Source: Candidatus Moraniibacteriota bacterium
GTDB lineage: Bacteria; Patescibacteriota; Minisyncoccia; Moranbacterales; UBA1568
Direction of reading: 5' to 3'
NCBI GenBank assembly: GCA_030648835.1
Contig: JAUSGT010000001.1
Coordinates: 133,010-197,009, forward strand
Length of the DNA: 64,000 nucleotides
Part shown: positions 54,260 through 63,044 of the stretch, one piece after another
Numbering within the stretch: the first letter of the stretch is position 1
Layout: each line of letters opens with the position of its first letter
The notes under the pieces: generated by a model
Databases searched by the model: none
What the model saw: only the letters and a program-made list of their open reading frames with translations
What the model was told of the DNA's origin: nothing
Position numbers and translations under genes: made by a program

Positions 54260-55630
54260 CAAAAAAAACACTCGACAAAATTTTGGATAATTTTTTACGC
54301 CGGAGCGATTCTTTTTCTTTTCGGTTGGTTTGTTTTTTGGCAGGTAAAAAATCATACATGGGGGAGTCTCGAGAGTCTGCTCGCGGTGGCGCCGCTTACG
54401 GAGGAGACAAAAACCGATTTGCAAACCATCGTTTCTTTGGCTGACGCGCTGTTATCTCCCGACGGTCGAGAAAAGACGTTTCTCATTCTTTTCCAAAACA
54501 ATTTGGAATTGCGTCCCGGGGGCGGTTTTATCGGATCATTCGGTATTTTGAAGTTGCAGAACGGCAATGTCGTTGATTTCGCCGTACACGATACCGGTAA
54601 TTTTGATGGCCGCATCCCGAGTACGGTCGAGCCTCCGTACCCGATGCATGAAACACTCAGAATCAATTCGTGGAAATTGCGTGACTCGAACTACTCGCCC
54701 GATTTTTCGGAAAACGCCAAATGGGCGGAAACTTTTTATCAAATGGGGCAGGGAGAAGAGCGTTTCGATGGGGTGATCGCCGTGACAACCAATGTTTTGA
54801 CGTCGTTTTTGAAAGTGACCGGACCGGTTGACATTCCGGGATTCCCCGGTACGTACGGTCAAGATAACGCCATTCTCGATCTTGAGTATCAGGTTGAGAA
54901 AGGGTATCGCACGCAAGACATCACTCCGGGCGAACGGAAATCCGTAATGGGGAGTTTGGGGATGGAGATTCTGCGACGCGCGAAAGCTTTGTCACTTTCC
55001 AAGAAATATGAACTCTTCCGGACGGTCTTGGCTGATTTGCATACAAAAGATATTCAGATTCTTTTCAAAGACCCGCTTCTCCAAGAGCGGGTAGCGGCGG
55101 CCGGTTGGGATGGCGCACTGGACCGAACGTGGAGAGACGATTATTTGTATCTGGTTGATGCGAATCTCAATTCTTTCAAGACCGATTACTTCATCAAGCG
55201 ATCGTACGCGTATACGGTAGATCTCACAGGGGAGATACCACGCTCTACGCTCGCGGTTACCTACCGCAATACGGCACAAGTGCGCGATTGGTTCGCCAAA
55301 GATTATCAGACTTTTTTCCGCGCCTATGTTCCGGGGGGAAGTTTTTTGGAGAAGGTTGCCGGTGCTGCCAGTGATCCTGTGTATGGCGAGTTTCTGGGTA
55401 AGAAATATTTCGGAGTATTGGTGCAGGTGCCCATTCAGATGGAAAAGACGGTAACGTTCGAATATACGTTGCCGAAAAATATTGAGCGGGAATGGTACGA
55501 CCTGAAAATCCAGAAACAGCCGGGACTCAGTGACATACCGGTTACTCTGACGGTTATCAAAAAAGATGGATCAAGGGAAGAAAAGAATTTGCTACTGACT
55601 AGAGATACGATATGGAGTGAATTGAAATAA
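54257..55630 (+). CDS. DUF4012-domain membrane-anchored protein
   Basis: N-terminal TM helix and the LELRPGGGFIGSFG motif typical of DUF4012. 457 aa. Paralogous to the fragment at 2..991. Confidence 0.6.
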   Translation: MQKKHSTKFWIIFYAGAILFLFGWFVFWQVKNHTWGSLESLLAVAPLTEETKTDLQTIVSLADALLSPDGREKTFLILFQNNLELRPGGGFIGSFGILKLQNGNVVDFAVHDTGNFDGRIPSTVEPPYPMHETLRINSWKLRDSNYSPDFSENAKWAETFYQMGQGEERFDGVIAVTTNVLTSFLKVTGPVDIPGFPGTYGQDNAILDLEYQVEKGYRTQDITPGERKSVMGSLGMEILRRAKALSLSKKYELFRTVLADLHTKDIQILFKDPLLQERVAAAGWDGALDRTWRDDYLYLVDANLNSFKTDYFIKRSYAYTVDLTGEIPRSTLAVTYRNTAQVRDWFAKDYQTFFRAYVPGGSFLEKVAGAASDPVYGEFLGKKYFGVLVQVPIQMEKTVTFEYTLPKNIEREWYDLKIQKQPGLSDIPVTLTVIKKDGSREEKNLLLTRDTIWSELK

Positions 55631-55789
55631 TGGAGGTTTGCATGTGCGTCACTTTGTAAAAATGCCCATTTCCGGGCATTTTTGCTTTTATTTTTGTGAT
55701 ATAATAGGAGAGCGACGATTTAATATTTCCCAAAACTATTTTTTCTTACTCTTGATTCCTGATTCATAATTCTTGATTCCTCTTCAAAC

Positions 55790-56482
55790 ATGCGTTTCGA
55801 TATTATTTCTCTTTTTCCGGAAAGTTTCACCTCGTATTTTGGCGTGTCCATTCTGAAGCGGGCAGCGGAGGACGGGCTTATCGAGATTCATACGCACCAT
55901 CTGCGTGACTTTACTCATGATAAGCACAAAACGGTCGATGATACGCCGTATGGCGGTGGAGCCGGGATGCTTCTCAAGGTGGAACCGCTGGCGGAAGCGA
56001 TTGAGGCAGTAGTAAATAGTAAGCAGCAAGTAGCAAGCGAAGAAAAAAAAAGAGTGATACTTTTTTCTGCCAAGGGAAAAACTTTCACACAAGCCGATGC
56101 CCGGCGTTTATCCGAATATGAACGTTTGATTTTGGTGTGTGGCCGATATGAGGGGGTTGATGAACGGGTGGCGGAAAACTTCGTGGATGAAGAACTTTCT
56201 ATCGGCGATTATGTATTGACGGGCGGAGAATTACCGGCGATGGTGGTTGTGGACGCGGTGGCGCGGCTCTTGCCGGGAGTCCTCGGCAACAGCGAGAGCG
56301 CGGAAACGGAATCGCATACTCTTTCAGGTATTGTGGAGTATCCGCAGTATACGAAGCCGGAAGAATTTCGGGGCTGGCGCGTACCTGACGTACTCCTTTC
56401 CGGACACCACGCCGAAATTGCCAAGTGGAGAGAAAAACAGGCGAAGGAGATAAGTGAGAAAAGAAACAATAGAAATACCTAA
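55790..56482 (+). CDS. trmD: tRNA (guanine37-N1)-methyltransferase
   Basis: [11 protein letters not shown]...[18 protein letters not shown]...[14 protein letters not shown] is the SPOUT/TrmD signature. Confidence 0.9.
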   Translation: MRFDIISLFPESFTSYFGVSILKRAAEDGLIEIHTHHLRDFTHDKHKTVDDTPYGGGAGMLLKVEPLAEAIEAVVNSKQQVASEEKKRVILFSAKGKTFTQADARRLSEYERLILVCGRYEGVDERVAENFVDEELSIGDYVLTGGELPAMVVVDAVARLLPGVLGNSESAETESHTLSGIVEYPQYTKPEEFRGWRVPDVLLSGHHAEIAKWREKQAKEISEKRNNRNT

Positions 56483-56599
56483 TATCTAATCAATACTTCA
56501 ATGCTTCAATATAAAATAATCTTGTCAAGATATTAAAAAATTAGACTTTGGAAATTAGATATTCATTAGGTATTAGAAATTAGGTATTAGATATTTACT

Positions 56600-57700
56600 A
56601 TGTCCAAGTCCATCGATCGCCCGCTCCTCATCGCTATCTTGATCCTTTTGTGCATCGGGCTTTTGATGATTGCCAGTGCCGGAGTGTTGTATGGCCGAGT
56701 GCGTTTCGGCGACGCGTACTATTTTTTTAAACAACAACTTATCGGTCTCGGCGTCGGACTCATCCTTCTCTACATATTTGGGCGTGTGCATTATCTGACC
56801 TGGCGTCGTTTTGTTGTGCCAATATTTTTTGTCGCCCTGGGACTTCTGGTGTTGGTTTTCATCCCTCCTTTCGGTACGACGGTGTATGGCGCGGCGCGCT
56901 GGGTGGCCATCGGTCCGATTTCGTTTCAACCTTCGGAAGTGATGAAACTTTCCATTATTCTGTATCTGGCTTCGTGGTTATCGAGCCGGGGCAAGACGCG
57001 GGTGGCGGATTTTTTTGAGGGACTTGTTCCGTTTCTGATAATTCTTTCCAGCGTCGGGTTTCTTATCATCAAGCAGCCGGATACCGGAACACTGGCTCTT
57101 ATTTTTTTCATTGCCATTTCTATTTTCTTCGCTTCAGGAGCCAATATTTCACACATCCTCTATCTTTTTCTCGCTGCGTTGGCATCTCTTGTGGTGCTTA
57201 TCAAGATAGCCCCATATCGTTTGCAACGTTTTCTTGTTTATGTCAATCCCGATCATGACCCTCAGGGGTTCGGTTACCAGATAACCCAGGCGCTTCTGGC
57301 TATTGGCGCGGGGGGTATTTTCGGTGCGGGTTTGGGACAGAGCCGGCAAAAATTCAATTATCTTCCCGAGCCGGTGACGGATTCCATTTTCGCGGTGCTT
57401 GGAGAAGAGCTCGGTCTCATCGGTACCACAATTGTGGTTTTGCTTTTCCTTTTTGTGGCATACAGGGGGCTTCGTATAGCGCGCCAGGCGCCCGATGAAT
57501 TCGGCAAACTGGTTGCGGTGGGTATCGTCTCATGGATTGTTTTTCAAGCTTTTATCAATATGTCGGCTATCAGCGGACTCATTCCCTTGACCGGTATTCC
57601 TCTGCCGTTTATCAGTTATGGCGGGACGTCCTTGGCGGTGCTCCTGGCCTCGGTGGGAATCTTGCTTAATATTTCCAAACATTCTACACTTAAAGTATAA
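56600..57700 (+). CDS. SEDS-family peptidoglycan glycosyltransferase (FtsW/RodA)
   Basis: 366 aa, 10 TM segments, conserved SEDS loop motifs. Located in a dcw-like block with murG, murC and murB. Confidence 0.85.
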   Translation: MSKSIDRPLLIAILILLCIGLLMIASAGVLYGRVRFGDAYYFFKQQLIGLGVGLILLYIFGRVHYLTWRRFVVPIFFVALGLLVLVFIPPFGTTVYGAARWVAIGPISFQPSEVMKLSIILYLASWLSSRGKTRVADFFEGLVPFLIILSSVGFLIIKQPDTGTLALIFFIAISIFFASGANISHILYLFLAALASLVVLIKIAPYRLQRFLVYVNPDHDPQGFGYQITQALLAIGAGGIFGAGLGQSRQKFNYLPEPVTDSIFAVLGEELGLIGTTIVVLLFLFVAYRGLRIARQAPDEFGKLVAVGIVSWIVFQAFINMSAISGLIPLTGIPLPFISYGGTSLAVLLASVGILLNISKHSTLKV

Positions 57701-57838
57701 AAAACCTTTATATTCGGTACATTTCGTCGTTATAGCTTCCAGTACTCGACATCGTATTGTGAATACGATTTACTCCGTGCTTCAGTTATGTCTAGAACCG
57801 CACACGAATCTAAAAGTTTTTAAGAACAATTTTGCAGT

Positions 57839-58990
57839 TTGATATTTATATTTTTCATTTTTATGGCTGATATTCCTCGCGTAGTTTTGACGGGTGGCGT
57901 GTCGGGTGGGCATATGTTCCCGCTTATCGCCGTCGCGCAGTCGCTTCGGAAGCTATTTCCGGGAGGGATAGAATTTTTGTTTATCGGATCGCGTGGAAAT
58001 TTTGAGAGCGATGAGATTGCGGCGGCCGGTATTCCTATGAAGCGCGTTTTGACCGGTAAGTGGCGGCGCTATTTTTCTTTACTGAACATAGTGGATTTTT
58101 TCAAGGTGCCTGTCGGTTTCTTTCAGGCGCTCTGGCATCTTTTTTTCTTTATGCCGGACGCCGTGTTTGCCAAAGGAGGCGCCGCATCGGTGCCTGTCGT
58201 CTTGGCGGCATGGCTCTATCGCATTCCGGTATTGATCCACGATTCTGACGCGGTCGCCGGACGGGCGAATCGTTTTCTTTCTCATTTCGTACAGCGTATC
58301 GCTATCGCTTACCCGAGCGCTCACCAATTTTTTCCGGCCGAAAAAACCGCGCTGACCGGCAATCCGGTGCGACAAGAAATACTTTTGGGTGACGGAGTTC
58401 GAGCCGCTACGCGTTTCAAACTTTCTTTGGAAAAGCCTACCGTCTTTGTTTTTGGCGGCAGTTTGGGCGCGCAAGTTTTGAATATGGCGGTGTTGCGTGT
58501 TCTGCCGAGACTGCTTGAGAAAAATATCCAAGTGCTTCATCAGACGGGCAGTCAGAATCACGAGGCGATCGTTGCCGCGGTTGCGGCTTCCGGTTTGAAA
58601 ATCGGGGAGAGCGGCTATGTGCCGCAGGCATTTTTCAAAGTGGACGAATTGGCCGACGTTATCGCTCTTGCCACGGTGGTTCTTTCGCGCGCGGGGGCGA
58701 GTTCTATCGCGGAGTTGGCTGCCACGAGGAAAGCGGCAATTCTCGTACCGCTTGAGGGAGCCGCCAACGACGAACAACGGATGAACGCGTATGACGTAGC
58801 GGCATTGGGGGGAGCGCTGGTTTTGGAAGAGGCCAATCTCGGAGAGCATATTTTGTTTGAGAAGATCGAAGAGCTTTTGGGGAACGCGGAACTGAGGAAA
58901 GCGATGGGAGAGAAACTGCAATCTTTTTTTCATCCGGACGCGGCCGACGCCATCGCTTCGGGTGTCTATGATCTCATTCAAAATAAATAA
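57839..58990 (+). CDS. murG: UDP-N-acetylglucosamine--N-acetylmuramyl-(pentapeptide) pyrophosphoryl-undecaprenol GlcNAc transferase MurG
   Basis: G-loop LTGGVSGGHMFPLIAVAQ and GT28 C-terminal domain. The start may be the Met at 57863. Confidence 0.85.
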   Translation: MIFIFFIFMADIPRVVLTGGVSGGHMFPLIAVAQSLRKLFPGGIEFLFIGSRGNFESDEIAAAGIPMKRVLTGKWRRYFSLLNIVDFFKVPVGFFQALWHLFFFMPDAVFAKGGAASVPVVLAAWLYRIPVLIHDSDAVAGRANRFLSHFVQRIAIAYPSAHQFFPAEKTALTGNPVRQEILLGDGVRAATRFKLSLEKPTVFVFGGSLGAQVLNMAVLRVLPRLLEKNIQVLHQTGSQNHEAIVAAVAASGLKIGESGYVPQAFFKVDELADVIALATVVLSRAGASSIAELAATRKAAILVPLEGAANDEQRMNAYDVAALGGALVLEEANLGEHILFEKIEELLGNAELRKAMGEKLQSFFHPDAADAIASGVYDLIQNK

Positions 58991-59072
58991 CAGCCAACAA
59001 TTAACAGATAACAGTTGATGATTCGCTCCAAAATACCAAATACGAGATACTAAATACTGAATACTTTCTCAA

Positions 59073-60485
59073 ATGTCCGAGCGGTTGTCTCATTTCAAAG
59101 ACGTGCATATGATCGGCATCAAAGGTGCCGGTATGACGGCTTTGGCCGAACTTTTGACCAAGCAAGGTGTCAGTGTTACCGGTTCCGATACGGCCGAGAT
59201 TTTTTTTACCGATCGCATCTTGCAAAATCTCAACATCAAATACCGGGAGGGGTTCGATCCGAAAAATATTCCGATCCAGACCAAGGCGATTATTTATTCG
59301 ACGGTGTATACCAGAGAGAAAAATGAAGAATTGGCCAAGGCTTTTGCGAGCGATCTACCGGTATTCAGTTATCCGGAGGCGGTGGGGATGCTCTCGCGCG
59401 AGAAGTTGACACTGGCGGTTTGCGGTACGCACGGCAAGACGACGACGAGCGCCCTTCTGGCGGAGACCCTGAAATTTTCCGGACTTGATCCGTCGGCCAT
59501 TGTCGGGAGCCGGATTATGAATTGGGAAGGCAACGCGCTTTCCGGAAGCGGAGAATACCTGGTGTTGGAAGCGGACGAATATCAGAACAAATTGGCACAG
59601 TATACTCCTTGGGGCGTCATTCTGACGAGCGTCGATTGGGATCACCCGGATTTTTTCCCCGACGAAGAGAGTTATAAACAAGTGTTTCGTGATTTTGTCG
59701 CGCGCATTCCGCGGCATGGTGTGCTCGTCTACTGCGGTGACTCGGCGGATGTCGCGAAAATAGCCGAGACAGCCATTTGTCGGAAAATTTCTTACGGGCT
59801 GCTTCCGGGGGCGGAATTTCGCATCAACGATTATCTGCCCGCGAAAATGGGTTTTGTCGGCGAGGCCGATGTAGTGAAACAAACATTTACGGTTACGCAT
59901 GGTGAAGAATCTCTTGGCGCGTTCGAGCTCCGGTTGGCGGGAGAGCATAACGCTCTCAATGCGACGGCCGTCTTGGCGCTCGCGGTTCATTTGAAACAGG
60001 ATGTCGAACGTGTCCGCAGAGCCTTTGAAAAGTTTTCCGGTACCGAGCGGAGATTCGAGTATATCGGTGAGCGGTACGGGGCGCTCATCTATGATGATTA
60101 CGCCCATCATCCGGAGGAGATCCGCGCGACGCTCAAGGCCTTTCGTGAACTGTACCCCGACCGGCGTTTGAGAGTCATTTTTCACCCGCACACCTTTACA
60201 CGGACCAAAGCATTTTTGACTGATTTCGCCCAGAGTTTCGATGCGGCCGATGAAGTGATGATTCTCGATATTTACGGGAGCGCCCGGGAAGAGAAGGGGA
60301 GCGTGTCGTCCCAGGATCTGGTCAACCTCATCAATCGATTCATTTCCGGCAAAGCGGAATACACACCTGTCGCGGCGGAACTCCTCACTCATTTGGAAGA
60401 GACAATCGGCCGTCAAGATGTTATCATCACTCTGGGAGCCGGCAATGTGTGGGAAATTTCCCATCGTTTGGCAAAGAGAAAATAA
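59073..60485 (+). CDS. murC: UDP-N-acetylmuramate--L-alanine ligase
   Basis: HMIGIKGAGMTALAELL P-loop region and Mur ligase middle and C-terminal domains. 470 aa. Confidence 0.9.
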   Translation: MSERLSHFKDVHMIGIKGAGMTALAELLTKQGVSVTGSDTAEIFFTDRILQNLNIKYREGFDPKNIPIQTKAIIYSTVYTREKNEELAKAFASDLPVFSYPEAVGMLSREKLTLAVCGTHGKTTTSALLAETLKFSGLDPSAIVGSRIMNWEGNALSGSGEYLVLEADEYQNKLAQYTPWGVILTSVDWDHPDFFPDEESYKQVFRDFVARIPRHGVLVYCGDSADVAKIAETAICRKISYGLLPGAEFRINDYLPAKMGFVGEADVVKQTFTVTHGEESLGAFELRLAGEHNALNATAVLALAVHLKQDVERVRRAFEKFSGTERRFEYIGERYGALIYDDYAHHPEEIRATLKAFRELYPDRRLRVIFHPHTFTRTKAFLTDFAQSFDAADEVMILDIYGSAREEKGSVSSQDLVNLINRFISGKAEYTPVAAELLTHLEETIGRQDVIITLGAGNVWEISHRLAKRK

Positions 60486-60563
60486 TTCGTTTTCGGATCA
60501 TCCCCGCCCTCCAGTTGGCGGGTAAACATCCGGCGGGGATCTAATATTAAAATAAAAAAAATT

Positions 60564-60896
60564 ATGTCTCTTATCAACGTACTTATTCTTGTGTGTGTCG
60601 GCGCGGTTCTTACCGGTGGTGATTTTGCCATGAAAGCATGGTCGAATGGCCAGACTAGCCAGATCTCTTGGTATGTGTTCGCGATTCTTCTTTACGTGGT
60701 CGGGCTTTCCGCGTATGGCTATATACTGCGTTCTGCCGATTTTGCAGCCGCGTCATATTCCATTCTCCTTTTCAACATGATTTTTGTTGCTTTAGCCGGG
60801 TATTTGTATTTTGATGATGCGCTTTCATATTATGAATTAGCCGGTATTGTTTTGGGCATTACTTCTGTCGCGATGTTCACGTTATCAAATGAATAA
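60564..60896 (+). CDS. small 4-TM membrane protein (SMR/EamA-like fold)
   Basis: 110 aa with four hydrophobic helices. Overlaps the extended murB ORF, but murB most likely starts at 60901. Confidence 0.4.
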   Translation: MSLINVLILVCVGAVLTGGDFAMKAWSNGQTSQISWYVFAILLYVVGLSAYGYILRSADFAAASYSILLFNMIFVALAGYLYFDDALSYYELAGIVLGITSVAMFTLSNE

Positions 60897-60900
60897 CGCT

Positions 60901-61830
60901 ATGATGCATCTGAAAAAAAACGTCCCTTTGACACCGCTCACGACTTTTCGTATCGGCGGGAAGGCGGATTATTTCGTGGAGGCAACAGGTGCTTTGGAGT
61001 TGGCGGAGGCTATCGAATACGCGACACAGCACGACTTGCCGGTTTTCATCTTCGGCGGAGGGAGCAATATACTTTTTTCGGATACAGGTTTCGCGGGGAT
61101 GGTCATCCGGATGGCGGATGGCGGTCTAAAGGTTTCCGGAGAGAAGATCCTCTCGGGCGCCGGTGTGCCGCTGTTTGACGTGGTGCGGGCCGCGCGGGAT
61201 GCGGGGCTTTCCGGCATCGAGCGATTGGCGGGTATTCCGGGATCCTTCGGCGGGGCGGTGCGGGGGAATGCCGGCGCTTTTGGCGCGGAAATAGGCAGTG
61301 TCATCAGTTCCGTCAAAGTGTATGTGAGGGATACCGGTATGGTGAAGGAATACAGCCGGAAGGAATGTGGGTTTGCCTATCGAACCAGTTTGTTCAAGAA
61401 AAATCCCGATCTGGTTATTCTTTCGGCTGAAATGAATCTGACGCTCGGAGACAAAAACGAATTGGGGAAAATTATCGATGACACGGTCGGCAAGCGCGAA
61501 GCGAAGCATCCGCAGGCCGCATCGTGCGCCGGGTCGTTTTTTATGAATCCGTTCGTCAAGGATGAAGATCTGCGTCGGGAATTTCAAAAGGATACCGGTA
61601 TGGTTCCCAAGGACGACAAGCTCCCGGCCGGCTGGCTCATCGATCACGCCGGTTTGCGCGGTAAAAAAATCGGCGGGGCGATGATAAGCAACCGGCATCC
61701 GAATTACCTCGTGAATACGGGGAACGCCACGGCAGAAGATGTCATTACTCTGGCGAGCTTGGTGAAGACCCGGGTGCGCAATGAGCTCGGGGTACGGCTC
61801 AAAGAAGAAGTCCAGTTTGTCGGTTTTTGA
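60901..61830 (+). CDS. murB: UDP-N-acetylenolpyruvoylglucosamine reductase
   Basis: FAD-binding N-terminal domain (TFRIGGKADYF) and a MurB C-terminal domain. Start at the MMHLKK Met. Confidence 0.85.
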   Translation: MMHLKKNVPLTPLTTFRIGGKADYFVEATGALELAEAIEYATQHDLPVFIFGGGSNILFSDTGFAGMVIRMADGGLKVSGEKILSGAGVPLFDVVRAARDAGLSGIERLAGIPGSFGGAVRGNAGAFGAEIGSVISSVKVYVRDTGMVKEYSRKECGFAYRTSLFKKNPDLVILSAEMNLTLGDKNELGKIIDDTVGKREAKHPQAASCAGSFFMNPFVKDEDLRREFQKDTGMVPKDDKLPAGWLIDHAGLRGKKIGGAMISNRHPNYLVNTGNATAEDVITLASLVKTRVRNELGVRLKEEVQFVGF

Positions 61831-62010
61831 ACTGAGCATTGCTTTTTAATGCAGTTGACAAGATTATTTATTATTACCTGTTTTTTGGTATAATAAAGTC
61901 GTTAGGGAATTGGTAAAAAAATAAAAAAAGTAAGGTCGAAAATTCATAGGGGCGAAAGGGGATATCTCTTTCGTTTTTTCATTTTAATTTTGACGGAAGG
62001 AGGGCGCATC

Positions 62011-62247
62011 ATGATGGGTTTCGAAGAGGAGCAAAACTATTTGCGGGAAACTCGCCTTGAGTGCGCCAGTTGCCACAGGTTCGCGTGGGGCAACGAAATG
62101 ATCAAGGATGGAAGCGGCAAGCGGCACCATCCGGATTGTTTGGCGCGCGCCAAAGCCAAGCGGGCCGAAAACAAGGCCCCGGTTATCCAATTGGTGCCGC
62201 GGGAAGAAGTTTCTTCAACACCGGACAAGGAACAGCTTGCCGCATGA
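62011..62247 (+). CDS. small Cys/His-containing hypothetical protein
   Basis: CASC...HHPDC, a possible zinc-binding motif. SD (GGAAGGAGGG) before the ATGATG at 62011. Confidence 0.35.
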   Translation: MMGFEEEQNYLRETRLECASCHRFAWGNEMIKDGSGKRHHPDCLARAKAKRAENKAPVIQLVPREEVSSTPDKEQLAA

Positions 62248-62416
62248 AGGGAAAACCGAAGAGGTCGGGACTATTCGCGGGAGGAGACAGAATCTGTCAC
62301 ACCCCCGCTAAATTTTTGGGTGGGATAACTCAATATATGATATGATTATGCAGACTGGCGAAGCCGGATTACACAGAGTATAATGAAAATATAATTCCTC
62401 ATAAATACAGAATCAA

Positions 62417-62767
62417 ATGAACACACGCTTTCTGTTCAAGGGAGTAGAGATCGATGAACGGACACAGGATTATATTTTGAAGCGATTAACCAGGATCGCA
62501 AAGCTCGTGGACAAATTAGCGGAGTTCGAGATCGAAGTGAGTCGGGATAAGAAGGGAAAGTTTCGGATAGAGATGATGGTGAAAACTCCGAAGAATCTCT
62601 ATCGGGCGGAGGAGACCACGCAGAGTATCGAGGGGTCGACGGATATCGTGATTGACGAGTTGGAGGTCCAGATTGCCAAGAAGAAAAACAAACAGCGCGA
62701 TCTCAAGTTGCGCGGTAAGCGTTCCATCAAAAAAAAGCTCGTCTTTGATAAAGATTCACGATTCTAA
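62417..62767 (+). CDS. hpf: ribosome hibernation-promoting factor (RaiA/HPF family, short form)
   Basis: 116 aa. The beta-alpha-beta-beta-beta-alpha fold sequence (ERTQDYILKRLTRIAKL...FEIEVSRDKKGKFRIEMMV) is typical of HPF/YfiA. Confidence 0.8.
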   Translation: MNTRFLFKGVEIDERTQDYILKRLTRIAKLVDKLAEFEIEVSRDKKGKFRIEMMVKTPKNLYRAEETTQSIEGSTDIVIDELEVQIAKKKNKQRDLKLRGKRSIKKKLVFDKDSRF

Positions 62768-62881
62768 GCAGTTAACAGTCAACGAAAAACAGTTAACAGT
62801 ACCCTCAAACCCTTTCCTTTGACGGAGGGGGTTTTTGCTTCTACAATAGGAAGGGTAGAAAAGTAGCTTTCTGTTCCTTGG

Positions 62882-63002
62882 ATTACGAAACTCAATTCTC
62901 GGTTGTCATTCCGGGCTTGACCCGGAATCCAGGTTCTTGAAAATAAGACATATTCTGGATCCCCGCCTTCGCGAGGATGACAGAAAATGGGAGTTTCGTA
63001 AT
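62882..63002. repeat. 121 bp element bounded by a 12 bp perfect inverted repeat (ATTACGAAACTC / GAGTTTCGTAAT) with an internal hairpin TTCCGGG cttga CCCGGAA
   Basis: Read directly. Lies between the hpf terminator and the secA start. Confidence 0.45.
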
Positions 63003-63044
63003 TCACAGTCCCGTTATCTGTTAATTGTTATCTGTTAATTGTTT

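Noticed and set aside
59355-60464. 369 aa minus-strand ORF
   Set aside because: Antisense to murC.
62779-63006. 75 aa minus-strand ORF
   Set aside because: Lies inside the inverted-repeat element between hpf and secA. No start context, no motifs.
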